Shown: in pieces, positions 1-11,883 of the stretch | Layout: each line of letters begins with the position of its first letter | How positions within the stretch are numbered: position 1 is the first letter of the stretch | From: Felis catus | Lineage: Eukaryota | NCBI RefSeq assembly: GCF_018350175.1 | Contig: NC_058368.1 | Coordinates: forward strand, 41,666,001-41,730,000 | Direction: 5' to 3' | DNA length: 64,000 nucleotides | Made by a program: the position numbers and the translations under genes | The notes under the pieces: model-generated | Told to the model about the DNA's origin: nothing | What the model saw: only the letters and a program-made list of their open reading frames with translations | Databases searched by the model: none

Positions 1-540
1 ATAGGAAATATTCTTTTAACCGTTTAATATTTCATTAACTAGTTTTACTAGTTACATGTAATTATCGTATAGCCCTGAGTCCTGGACATATCCTCAAATT
101 CAGGCCATCGCCATCAGAGTACAATTTATCTCTCAAGGTGAGAGAAACAAAAACATTCAACGAATAGGGAAGGGACATAAGAATAAATTGTGTTTATTAT
201 ATTGTTTCAGCGTATATTAAACCTAGTGTGGGAAATGTTATGCTCCCAAACCAACCTCCTAAGAGAAGTCCCGAATTATGAGGGTTTCTTTTGGCTCCGT
301 CAGCACCTTCATTTAATGCCTGTTGGGTTTCCTACCTGCTCTCATTTCAGGACACTCTTAATTGGGCCAAGGCATGTACAAACATTGAGAATCCGACATT
401 CCAGTGTGAACTTTATATTCCCTCTGATTTGTAGAAGATTCAATCACTCACTTTGTTTATACTTGTTGTTTTATTCTTTCTGCAATTGTTTCAGGCAGGA
501 AAGCAAACCTAACAGTCTAAACCCATGAGCAGAACTGGAA

Positions 541-1043
541 TCTGTTCTGGTTATGTACTACATCACAAACCACACCAAACTTGGTAGCTTAAAACAACCA
601 TCATTGTACTGTGTCTGTGACTAGTAAGCCAGGAATTCAGGGCTCATTTAGCTGAATGATTTTTCTGTTCTAAACAGCACCAAATGTGGTTACTGTTTCT
701 TTTCAGCTGGCAGCTGAGCTGTCTAAAAGATCCAAGATGGCTTCACCCACATTTCTGGTGCCTTGTCAAGAATAGTGACCCCAACAAGGCCATCCTCCCT
801 CACTATGAGTTCTTAGGACTTCATGTAGTCTTGCCAGAAGAAAGATCAAAATTCTAACATGGCAGCTTAGAGCTTCAAGTATGAATATTCCAAGAGACAG
901 AGCGTGGTACAAAGTCACTGCTGCCATATTCTACCAGTCAGAGTAGTCACAGAGCCTGCAACAGATTCAAGAAGCAAGGACATAGACCCAACTTTTCAAT
1001 GAATGAAGCATCAAAGATTTTCTGGATATCCTTAATTACCACA
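541..1043 (-). mobile_element. MLT1-type (MaLR) solo LTR, old
   Basis: Begins with ...acaaaccacaccaaacttggtagcttaaaacaacc, contains tccaagatggcttcac and ends ...ttaattaccaca, resembling a reverse-oriented MLT1 consensus. Confidence 0.65.
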
Positions 1044-1354
1044 CAAACAGAAATGTATTGGTGCAAATGATCATTAAAAATCTTAATGTGTAAGAGCTTC
1101 AATCCTCTTCATTTTAAAAATAGTACATGAAATTCTGTGGTAATTAGAGAGTTTTTCAAGTTGAAAGATTTGGTAAGATTCAGAGCAGAGACTAGAACTA
1201 TGAGCTCTTGACAAAATCCAGCACCTTTGAACAGAAAAACACATTGATAATAATTACGATTTTCTGGTAGATGCTATAATTATTATCCACAACACCACAA
1301 AACAGTACAGCACATAGTACTTGCTGAACAGGTGATGGCAATAAAAGAAGACTG

Positions 1355-1548
1355 TGATATCAGTTTATGGTTTGAATGCAGATTGTAGTCCGGGCTCTAG
1401 AGTCAAACCTGGTTTGACTCCAGACTCCAGTATGAATGCCATTAGTTATTTCACCTCCCACTTCCTCGGTTTTCTGGTCTGCAACAAGACAACTACCTTG
1501 TTGTTTTGTTGTCAGGATGCAATAAGAGACTATGTGAAGTGTCACACA
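1355..1548 (+). mobile_element. MIR SINE fragment
   Basis: ggctctagagtcaaacctggtttgactcc...gttatttcacctc...ttcctcggtttt resembles the MIR core. Confidence 0.55.
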
Positions 1549-2767
1549 CAGATGCGTTTTTACCGGTTGGGGTAGGATAACACAGTTCTTTCCTGAAGAC
1601 TTTTATTGTCTCATTCTTATCAAGGTAAGGCCATCAGCTGAGAGTGAGATGCAGGGGCAATGTAGGAATACTGAGCAAAAAAGAGAAGCTATAAACTGTT
1701 TTCTCAGAGAGTAAAAAAAAAAAAAAAACTGTGCAGAATTTCAGAGCAATTGACTGACCCTTTGAAGTCTGTGGGAATGAATTTAAAGTGAGACCAGACA
1801 GTCTGGTTTTCTCCAGTAATATTCACTTGTTTAGATGAAGTTGCTCAGAAGGCACAAAGTTGGGTCAAGCAGAATTAGGATCTAACAGGCATGTATGACA
1901 GAGGGAGAAGATTAAAAATAGTTAAAAGTTTTGCAAGAAAATGATAATAATGGACTTTGAACAATATTAGGAAGGAGGTTTGTATGATTTTTCTAACATG
2001 ATAGAGTCATAGAGTCATTTCTTTAAAAACCATACTGATAGCAGAGGTGTGACAATTTCGGATAATGCCTAGGTCCAGTTGTATACCTGACAGCGAGATT
2101 AAAAAGCGTGGAGATAAAAGTTATTAAAAGTGAGGTCACACAGTGCTGCTGTTGAATCATGTGGATAACAGACTTCTGCAGGTAAAGACAGAGGTGCAGT
2201 TTCAAAGCCTTAGAAGAATAAGAGTGAGAGAGAAGGAAGAAGGTAAGAGTAACAATGAGGAGAAGGGCTGATTGGCCTGAAAACACAAGCCTCAGAAGAC
2301 AAGGTCTTTTCTATGAGAATGAAAGAAAGAGTTTTCTAAAACCTGTATCGCAGAGCAAAAAGTAGTTGAGCATGTTCTCAAGATTCTGAGGTATTCAGGC
2401 AATGTAGAATCAGCAACAGCATTTTTAGAAGGCTGTAGGGAGGTTGACTCTTTGCAAGACTAGAGGGTGTCACTTAAGTCACAGGTGCTGGAAGAAGCAT
2501 TCTATCATCATCATCGCCATCATTGTTATTGTTCCCTGCTGTTATTACTATGAAGGTTATTATATGACCAGGCCCCAATGGAACAGATTGAGAGGGAGGG
2601 CAGGGGGTTCGGTGATTCAGAGACAGGCAGAACAGTAGAGTGGTGAGGGCAAAGATAAGATGTTTCCCATAGGTGCTTACCTGGCGTGTGGTGACTGAGA
2701 AGTAGGATGTTCTCAGTATTTCCAAAAAGTTAGTCCTATTATATTGATATGAATGGATGGCATTCTA

Positions 2768-3160
2768 GAGCAGTGTTTCTCAAAATTTGACTTGTGTATG
2801 TATCACCTAAAGATCTTATTCAAATCCAAATTCTGATTCACTAGATCTGGGTAATGCCAGAGCTTTTTGTTTTTGTTTTTTGTTTGTTTTTGTTTGTTTT
2901 AATATATATATTTTTATATTTATTTAGTTCTGTGAGACAGAGAGAGACAGAGCGTGAGCAGGGGAGGGGCAGAGAGAGGGAGACACATAATCAGAAGCAG
3001 GCTCCAGGCTCCAGGCTCCGAGTTGTCAGCACAGAGCCCGCACGGGGTTCGAACCCACGAACCGTGAGATCATGACCCCACATGGAGTCGGAGGCTCAAC
3101 CGACTGAGCCACCCAGGCACCCCAAGCTTTTGTTTTTCTAAAAAGCTCCCAGGTGCTGCC
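2768..3160 (+). mobile_element. MER5A-like hAT relic interrupted by a SINE
   Basis: cagtgtttctcaaa...tcacct...ttctgattcactagatctggg lies before the SINE and aaaagctcccaggtg after it. Confidence 0.6.
2872..3123 (-). mobile_element. Can-SINE (SINEC_Fc-type)
   Basis: Reverse complement of ggggtgcctgggtggctcagtcggttgag... with CT-rich region and A-rich tail. TSD-like agctttt(t)gtttt on both sides. Confidence 0.93.
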
Positions 3161-3650
3161 TTCTTTTTATTCACATTTACCCAATTCACGTCCCACGCTA
3201 CAGGCCACGGAAAACAGTGAGAAGTCTAAATGAAAACACCTACTCTTCACCTATAAGGACATGAAGAAAAACAGAAAAATGAGAGTTAATTGGTTTGGAA
3301 AAATCTATTCACAATTTATTCTCTGAATACTTGTTATATCTCTCTTCTGTTAATAACCCTATACCAAAATACTTTGTAGAAAATATGTTAGCAATAATGT
3401 GGTTAAATTATACTCCTCAAACATTTCAGGTATTTCAAGAAGTGCTAAACTTGGGGAAAGGAGAAAGTGATATATAGAAGATTGAAGATTACCAATAAAT
3501 TTATACTTCATGAAACTAATAAACTGGTGATTTTAGAAAGATTGAACTCACATAGACATTACACACTGATAAAAATGGCTTCCTTGTAAATTGTGGTGAG
3601 GTGACTGATCTTGGAGGAGAGCACTAATCCCTACTCTTAAAAAAACTCTA

Positions 3651-3880
3651 GAGGTGCCTGGGTGATTCAGTCAGTTGAGCATCCAACCCTTGATTTCAGC
3701 TCAGGTCATGATATCTCAGTTCATAGGAATCAAACCCTGCATGGGATTCTGCGCTGACAGCATGGAGCCAGCTTGGGATTCTCTGCCTTCCTCTCTCCCT
3801 GTTCCTCTCCCACTCTTGTGCATGCACTCTCTCTCACTGTTTCTCTCTTTCAAAATAAATAAAGTTTAAAAATAAAAATA
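3651..3880 (+). mobile_element. Can-SINE
   Basis: gaggtgcctgggtgattcagtcagttgagc...ctctct...aaaataaataaa. Confidence 0.9.
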
Positions 3881-4561
3881 ACCTGAACATCTCAGTACAT
3901 TTCTGGATTTTTAAAAATCAACAAATGAAAGAAATTAAATTTAGAAATCTGATTCAAGATTTTCTATAGTTTTTGGGAAAAATTCCTATGAAGTTTGCGG
4001 AAATTTTTACGTTGAGAAGAAGTCAAACTCCAGTGAAAATTATCAACAGTAACTTTTTCAAGCAAGAAAAAAAATCTAAATTTTCCAATTCAAGGGTGCT
4101 GAAGAGGCACAGAAATTGCAAGAACTCATAAAGAGTGGCAGATATAGATGCAATATGTGTCCTGACTTGGAATGACTTAAAAATATATGAGAGAATAGCA
4201 AAGGAGAAATGTACAAGAGAAAAATATGCAAGAGAAAACTCGAAGAAACGCTTGACTTTTCTTGGTATTTTTTCATATAATCATTCACATTAGGCACGTC
4301 TCCTCTCTTTGTTTCCACGTCAGAATGTTCTAAAATCCCTCCTCATTGTCTCCAAATATAGGTAGACACACTGAAATGTTATGACTGTACGGTCAGTCTG
4401 TTAGAGTTTGTGAGTGTACAAGGGTATCACAGTGACTCAACTGAATGACTAGTGACTAGTTTTGTGTGGAGATTCAAAGTCCCAGTAGCACTGAACCAAG
4501 TTCGTGATCTCAGATGACGGCAGGCAGGTCTCCTGAATCCAATGCCTGCATGGTCAGGGGC

Positions 4562-4663
4562 ACAACCTTTGTCCTTCTGAATGACTTCTCAATCTCTAAA
4601 TTAATTGTCAGTACAACCTTTGTCCTTCTGAGTGACTTCTCAATCTCTAAATTAATTGTCAGC
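4562..4663. repeat. Tandem duplication, 51 bp x 2
   Basis: acaacctttgtccttctga(a/g)tgacttctcaatctctaaattaattgtcag starts at 4562 and again at 4613. Confidence 0.95.
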
Positions 4664-4849
4664 AATATTCTTCTGGTAATAGGCTATCAATGGAAACTTG
4701 CTCAGGGAGGGGGTGCAGGCATCTAAACCGCATCTGCATTGATCCAATTATGTGCAGGGCCATATTCTAGGGTCTAGGCATAAAACTGTGAGTTGAGCAG
4801 TCACTGTCCTCAAGGAGCATAATTGTGTTGTGCTCATGGGAAACAATGG

Positions 4850-5265
4850 GAAAAGTTCTTTGACATTGGATGTCCTAGATATGGCACCAAAACAGAGGTG
4901 AAAAAGCAAAGATAGACAAGTGGGACTACATTAAACTAAAAAGTTTCTGCACAGCAAAAGAAACAATCACCAAAATGAAAAAGGCAACATATGCAATGGG
5001 AGAAAATATTTGCAAACTATATATCTAGTGAAAGGTTAATACCCAAAATCTGTAAATAACTCATATGACTCAATAGCAAAAATAAGTCTGATTTTAAAAT
5101 GGGCAAAAGATCTCAGTAGACGCTTTTCCAAAGAAGATGTACATATGACCAACAGGTATATATGAAAAGGCGCTCAAAATCAATAACATCAAGAAAAGGC
5201 AAATCAAAACCACAGTGAGATATCACCTCACACCTGTTAGAATGGTGATGATTTCAAAAACTCAA
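4850..5265 (+). mobile_element. Old L1 (L1MA-like), late ORF2 segment; left part of a split element
   Basis: gacaagtgggactacattaaactaaaaagtttctgcacagcaaaagaaacaatc...gatatcacctcacacctgttagaatgg. Confidence 0.9.
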
Positions 5266-5711
5266 TATACTTCCCTGGTGACTGTATGCAGGTACATGCA
5301 CAAAATCTGGCATCTCTTTAGGGACCTGTTTTGTAAGACTTCCAACCCCCCGCACCCATCCTTTTCTTTCTTGCTTTCTTGCTTTCTCTTTTCTTTCTTT
5401 CTTTCTTTTTTCTTTGAATGTACTTTTTTTTTTGAAACTAAGGTTGTAGAATTATGAAATTCCTTCAACCTTGGAACCTTAAATAGAATGCTCTCAAATG
5501 GACCGATTTTAATCCTTAGGTAGCAAATGCTGTTGCTGCTCATTTAATACAATTCAGTTGAAGCCTCAAGAGTCCAAGAGTACCAAAGTACTCCCTATGC
5601 TTCCCAGATGCCTCTTTCCTGAGCCACCAGTAGGTGGGGGTGGGTGGGGGTGGGGGTGGGGGAAGCAGGGTACACCTGAGCAGGGAACCTCAGGTGACTT
5701 AATATAGTTTG

Positions 5712-5864
5712 CCAGTGCTTACTCTATTGAAGACCTGGTTTTCATTTTTGAAGACACTCATGGAAGGGTATGTTTCTAATAGATTCACCAGTGCCTACTC
5801 TATTGAAGACCTGGGTTTTCATTCTTGGAGAAACTCATGGAAGGGTATGTTTCTAATAGATTCA
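5712..5864. repeat. Tandem duplication, 76/77 bp x 2
   Basis: ccagtgc(t/c)tactctattgaagacctgg...ggaagggtatgtttctaatagattca at 5712-5787 and 5788-5864. Confidence 0.95.
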
Positions 5865-6462
5865 CATATTAATATGTTCGAAAATGTCCTTGGTGCAGCT
5901 TATGCCACGTAATTATGAAGATTGTTCTTGAGTATTGCACAAAGGCTACGATGTTGGAACGGATAAGTCATGGGTGTGAAAGCTTTAATTTACCTACCTA
6001 TTTTTTTTTTTATTTTTGTAGCCATAGTCTCTATTTTCCTAATTTATGATCTCTGAAGTCTTCTGACACCATCTTAAACCTGAGTTGACCTATGCTGGGA
6101 GCAGCTGGATGTTCAAGGTATTTTTGTGATTCTTTTTTTTTTTTCTTATCACCCTCCTTTTTGTATATACAATATGAAGCAAATAAAGAACATTGCTTCG
6201 ATGATTTAACAAGGAGAAAGAAAGACCTTAATTTCTGAGTGGAGGAGTCTCCTTCTATATGGAAAAGTTGATCAAAACTGCTATCAAAATTTGTGTTATT
6301 GCACCTGATTTTACCATCCAAAGAATTTTTGGCCAAGTTGTGCCTTTCCTCCTGGAATTGTAAGTTGAACACAATACTGGTACCTGTTTACATTGTGAAG
6401 TGGGTATTGTTACAGAGAACACACCGGAGTCTTTCTCATTGTTAAGAAAATAATGCCTTATG

Positions 6463-8383
6463 CCCAGTAAACTCCACCAGAAGTCTGCTAGAACTGATAA
6501 ATGAATTCAGTGAAGTCGCAGGATACAAAATTAATGTACAGAAATCAGTTGCATTCTTATACACTAATAATGAAGCAACAGAAAGACAAATAAAGAAACT
6601 GATCCCATTCACAATTGCACCAAGAAGCATAAAATACCTAGGAATAAATCTAACCAAAGATGTACAAGATCTGTATGCTGAAAACTATAGAAAGCTTATG
6701 AAGGAAATTGAAGAAGATACAAAGAAATGGAAAAACATTCCGTGCTTATGGATTGGAAGAATGAATATTGTTAAAATGTCAATACTACTCAAAGCAATCT
6801 ACACATTCAATGCAATCCCAATCAAAATTGCACCAGCATTCTTCTCAAAGCTAGAACAAGCAATCCCAAAATTTGTATGGAACCACAAAAGACCCTGAAT
6901 AGCCAAAGCAATATTGAAGAAGAAGACCAAAGGTGGGAGGCATCACAATCCCAGATTTAACCTCTCCTACAAAGCTTTAATCATCAAGACAGCATGGTAT
7001 TGGCACAAAAACAGACACATAGACCAATGGAATAGAATGGAGACTCCAGAATTGGACCCACAAAAGTATGGCCAACTAGCCTTTAACAAAGCAGGAAAGA
7101 ACATCCAATGGAAAAAAGACAGTCTCTTTAACAAATGGTGCTGGGAGAACTGGACAGCAACATGCAGAAGGATGAAACTAGACCACTTTCTTACACCATT
7201 CACAAAAATAAACTCAAAATGGATAAAGGACCTGAATGTGAGACAGGAAACCATCAAAACCCTAAAGGAGAAAACAGGAAAAAACCTCTCTGACCTCAGC
7301 CACAGCAATTTCTTACTTGACACATCTCCAAAGGCAAGAGAACTAAAAGCAAAAATGAACTATTGGGACCTCATGAAGATAAAAAGCTTCTGCACAGCAA
7401 AGGAAACAATCAACAAGACTAAAAGGCAACCGACAGAATGGGAAAAGATATTTGCAAATGACATATGAGACAAAGGGCTAGTATGCAAAATCTATAAAGA
7501 ACTCACCAAACTCCACACCTGAGAAACAAATAATCCAGTGAAGAAATGGGCAGAAAACATGAATAGACACTTCTCTAAAGAAAACATTCAGATGGACAAC
7601 AGGAACATGAAAAGATGCTCAATGTCACTCCTCACCAGGGAAATACAAATCAAAACCACACTGAGATATGACCTCATGCCGGCTAAAATGAGAAAATCAG
7701 GAGACTATAGATGCTGGAGAGAATGTGGAGAAACAGGAACCCTCTTGCATTGTTGGTGGGAATGCAAACTGGTGCAGCCACTCTGGAAAACAGTGTGGAG
7801 GTTCCTCAAAAAATTAAAAATAGATCTACCCTATGACCCAGCAATAGCACTGTTACGAATTTACCCAAGGGATACAGGAGTGCTGATGCATAGGAGCACT
7901 TGTACCCCAATGTTTATAGCAGCACTTTCAACAGTAGCCAAATTATGGAAAGAACCTAAATGTCCATCAACTGATCAATGGGTAAAGAAATTGTGGTTTA
8001 TACACACAATGGAATAGTACTTGGCAATGAGAAAGAATGAAATATGGCCTTTTGTAGCAACATGGATAGAACTGGAGACTGTTATGCTAAATGAAATAAG
8101 TCATACAGAGAAAGACAGATACCATATGTTTTCACTCTTACATGGATCCTGAGAAACTTAACAGAAGACCATGGAGGAGGGGAAGGGGAAAAAAAAGCTA
8201 GAGAGGGAGGGAGGCAAACCATAAGAGACTTAAAATCTGAGAATAAACTGAAGATTGATGGGGGGTGGGAGGGAGGGGAAAGTGGGTGATGGGCATTGAG
8301 GAGGGCACCTGTGGGGATGAGCACTGGGTGTTGTATGGAAACAAATTTCACAATAAATTTCATATTAAAAATAAATTAAAAAA
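6463..8383 (+). mobile_element. 5'-truncated carnivore/felid L1 (disrupted ORF2 3' part, 3' UTR, A-rich tail)
   Basis: ORF-track fragments 6698-6898, 6914-7468 and 7538-8017 are L1 ORF2p sequence ([35 protein letters not shown]). Perfect 19-bp TSD aagaaaataatgccttatg at 6444-6462 and 8384-8402. Confidence 0.97.
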
Positions 8384-8503
8384 AAGAAAATAATGCCTTA
8401 TGAATGTATGATATATGGAGAAACCCCAATAGTTTTACCTGCTGATATTATATCTCTTGTTGGAGAATAAATTTTGGATGTTTTTTTTCTCTCTCCGTCC
8501 CCC

Positions 8504-8818
8504 AAAATCTCAAAAGGTAGCAACTGTTGATCAGGCTGTGGAGAAAAAAGAACCCTTATACATTGCTATTGGGGATGTAGATTGATGCAGCCACTACGGA
8601 AAAGAATATGGATAGTTCTCAAAATATTAAAAATGGAAGTAGCACATGATCCAGTAATCCCACTTCTGGGTATATATCCAAAGGAAATAAAATCACTATC
8701 TTTAAGAGATATCTACACTTCCATGTGTATTGTAGCATTACTCACAATAGTCTACATAGAAAAACAACGGTGTCCATCAACAGATAAATGGATAAAAAAT
8801 GTGATATAGACCCCCCCC

Positions 8819-8850
<32 letters not shown>

Positions 8851-9095
8851 TTATTCAGCCTTAATAAAGAAGGAAATCCTGCCATTTGTGACAACATGGA
8901 TAAATCTGGAGGACATTATGTTGAGCAAAGTAAACCAGACAGAGAATGACAACTACTGTAGGATCTCCTTATAAGGGGAATCTTTAAAAAAAGTTAAATT
9001 CATAGAAACAGAGTAGAATGGTGGTTACCAGCGATTAGGGGTGGGCAAAATGGAGGAGATGTTGGTCTAAGGGTACAAACTAAGTTAAAAATGAA
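8504..9095 (+). mobile_element. Old L1 (L1MA9-like) ORF2 end and 3' UTR; continuation of 4850-5265
   Basis: tgtggagaaaaaagaaccc...gatccagtaatcccacttctggg...gagtagaatggtggttacc...gatgttggtctaagggtacaaac. Contains a (CA)n tract at 8819-8850. Confidence 0.9.
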
Positions 9096-9164
9096 ATTCC
9101 CTGTGCTCATAATCTGAATAGTATTAGAGCAAAGGCAACATTATAATTCTTTTATTTCCCTCAT

Positions 9165-9637
9165 TGTATTAAGTTTCTATAGGTCTATAAAAATTACATA
9201 AATTTAATGGCTTAAAACAACATAGATTTTTTTACTTTACCGTTCTGTGGAAGTCTAACATGGGTATCTGGGCTAAAATCCCAGTGTTGGCAGGGCTACG
9301 TTCCTTTTTGGAGCCTCTAGGGAGAATCTGTTTCCTTGCTATTCCAGTTTCTAGAGGACATGCATACTTCTTGGCTTGTGGCTTCCTTCCTGCTTCTTCA
9401 AAGCCAACGATGTTGCTTCTTTCTGATCATTCCTCCCTAGTCGCATCTCCCCTGACTACAGATGGGAAATTTTCTCCACTTTTAAAGGGCTCTTGTGATT
9501 AGATTGGGCCCACATGGAACATTTAGGCTAATCTCCCCTTCTCAAGGTCCTTAGCTTAATCACATCTGCAAAGTAGTCACAGGTTCCAGGGATTAGGACG
9601 TGGCCATCTTTGTGGGGCCATTACTCTGCCTATTACG
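9165..9637 (-). mobile_element. MLT1C/D-like MaLR solo LTR
   Basis: tgtattaagtttct...ggcttaaaacaaca...ttaatcacatctgcaaag...gggattaggacgtgg. Confidence 0.8.
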
Positions 9638-10213
9638 CCCATTTTATGCTTTTCATCTCCTTCTTCAAACTTGATAAGAATCACTCAGAGATTTTCTTGA
9701 AATCTCTTCTTAATCAACTCACAGTCCCTCATTTCTAATGAATAGATGCAAGCCTCAGCTAAACTGCCAGTTCAATTATTATGGCGGAACTTCATTACAG
9801 CCGTGTTATAAACATCTCAGACAGTATTTATCTATCCATCTATAAAAGCCAGTATTAAGTAGCAGGCTTATTTTATCATTTTTCTTTAGTGTGCATCTTA
9901 GTTTTACTAGACCCCTAACAGATTGTCTCAAACATTCTTTGGATGTACATCCCCCATACAAGACTCAAAAAGAAAAAAAAAATTGCACATAACCTAAAGG
10001 ACAGCCTGTGATTATGAAATAAATATTCCATCACTGCAGATTCCTTGTCTTGATTCTTGCATGTCAAGTTAGAGCTGGTTCACTGGGAGGTGACTAAGAT
10101 GTTTATGAAGGACGGTAGAAGTGGAGCCAAAGCCCCAGAAAGCTCAAGCCAGTTGTGTTTATTGGGATAAAAAAGAAAACATGGTACAGACAATGAAAAA
10201 ATACATTAAGTAT

Positions 10214-10474
10214 GGGGTGCCTGGGTAGCTCGGTTGGTTAAGCGTGCAACTTTGGCTCAGGTCATGAGCTGGCAGTTCATGAGTTCAAGCCCCGTGTCGG
10301 GCTCTGTTCTGACAGCTCAGAGCCTGGAGCCTGTTTCAGATTCTGTGTCTCCCCCTCTCTCTATTCCCCTCCCAGTCACACCTTGGCCCTCTCTCTTTCT
10401 CTCTCTCTCTCTTTCTCCTTCTTTCTCTCTCTCTCTCTCTCTCAAAAATAAAGTTAAAAAAAAGACTTTTAAGG
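10214..10474 (+). mobile_element. Can-SINE
   Basis: Full head and tail. 16-bp TSD aaaaatacattaagta at 10197-10212 and 10475-10490. Confidence 0.95.
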
Positions 10475-10619
10475 AAAAATACATTAAGTAAATGTATAAT
10501 CAAAATATATATGTAATATGATTGTGAGCAAGTGTTACTAAAAATGTAATATAAACAAAAGGAAGACACAATCTAGCTAAAGTATTGAAGAGTAGCATTT
10601 CTGTAGGTTTTATTTGATC

Positions 10620-10914
10620 TCAGGCCTGAATGAGGAGAAGGAATCAACCACCATAAGTAGCTGGGGCAAGGCAGGGCATACAGAGGAAACAACAATTAAA
10701 AGATCTTGAGGCAGGAACTACCTTGGGGGCATAATGACAGTTTGTATAGCTAGAGAAGAGTGGACAAAGGCTGGAGGCAGGAGGCCAGGTGTATAGGAGA
10801 TAAGGACAGAAAGGTAAGCAAGGTCCAAGACATTTAGAGCTTTATAGTTAGAGAGGCTACATAATTTATTGCTTTAACTGTGTCAATTTTTGGAGTGGAA
10901 AGGACACTGTCAAC

Positions 10915-10954
<40 letters not shown>

Positions 10955-11430
10955 AGAAAAAAAGAAAAGATAAAAAGAGATCATTGAGAACAGAAGGCTA
11001 GAGCAATTTAGGACAACCCATATAAATGAGGACTCTCCCAGACAACCTGAGACACATAACTTCCTTACTTATAGACCAGGTAATGAGTTTTAATTTTGTC
11101 CCAGTGCAATATGGTCTGATAGCTGCCCTAAGAAGATGGTCTGACTGTACTGTGGAGAAGAGATTATGAATATCCAAGAGAGGATACGGGGACCCAATGA
11201 GGAGACCACTGCATCCAGCATTACAACATTATTGGTATAGCAATGAAGATGCTAAAAATGGTTAGATGTAAATTATAATTTGCAGATAGTGGTGACCGGC
11301 CTTGGGGGTGGGTGTGAGGAAAAGAGAAAAATTAAGCATGACTCAGGATTTTTCTCTCAATAGGTGGGGAGACAGCAGTGCCCTTCTGATCTGAAACATA
11401 GATGACTAGGGATGAAAGTGTGGTGGGCTT
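10620..11430 (-). mobile_element. Degenerate L2 LINE fragments
   Basis: Purine-rich segments (gaggaaacaac...aaagatcttgaggcaggaa; attaagcatgactcagg) resembling reverse L2. Boundaries are approximate. Confidence 0.5.
10849..11067 (+). mobile_element. MER96B-like hAT non-autonomous element carrying a (GAAA)n tract
   Basis: cataatttatt...ttttggagtggaaagg...ggacaac...ggactctcccagacaac resembles MER96B. The 8-bp flanks tttatagt and cttataga fit a decayed hAT TSD. (GAAA)n at about 10915-10970. Confidence 0.55.
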
Positions 11431-11851
11431 CAGTGAAGGTAAGAACACTACGGTGAAGATTTATATTTTAGAATTATTTTTATAGAGGAAATATGTAATG
11501 TCCCCTGGTTGAATGGCCTTGCTTGAACATGGTGTAGAAGATAGGCAAAAATCATGAGGTCCATATCCCAGTTGGAGTCTGAAGAAAAGAGAATTGAAGA
11601 TGGCTGGCGACTGTGATGACAGATAGTACAAAAACAAAGTAAAACACTGAGTTTTCTTTTCAAATAGAACAACAAATCACATCTATCAGACCCCAGTTCT
11701 CCTCTTTCTCAGTAATAGAAGAATTCCGTAGAAGAATTCTATTACTCTCTCCTTCTAACCCCCACCTTTCACACTAGGATCAGATAACTGCCTTACTGTG
11801 TGATTTCAAACAAGTTACTTCACCTCTCTGTTCTTAAAAATCCTCATCTTT

Positions 11852-11852
<1 letters not shown>

Positions 11853-11883
<31 letters not shown>

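Larger units (their letters stand above)
5266..8502 (+). pseudogene. Candidate retroposed mRNA 3'-UTR fragment or orphan transduction (about 1.3 kb once the nested L1 is removed)
   Basis: Non-repeat sequence interrupting a contiguous L1. Flanked by caaaaactcaa (5255-5265) and caaaatctcaa (8503-8513). AATAAA at 8466-8471 near the right end. No clear poly(A) tail. Confidence 0.55.

Noticed and set aside
190..528. 112-aa ORF and the many other 60-130 aa ORFs in the track
   Set aside because: Many use non-ATG starts, are low complexity or overlap SINEs and microsatellites. None resembles a protein I recognise.
4562..5864. Direct repeats as a CRISPR-like array
   Set aside because: These are two unrelated two-copy tandem duplications with no spacers, in eukaryotic DNA.
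6698..8017. ORFs of 66, 184 and 159 aa as host genes or an active retroelement
   Set aside because: They are fragments of L1 ORF2p broken by stops and frameshifts in a 5'-truncated copy.
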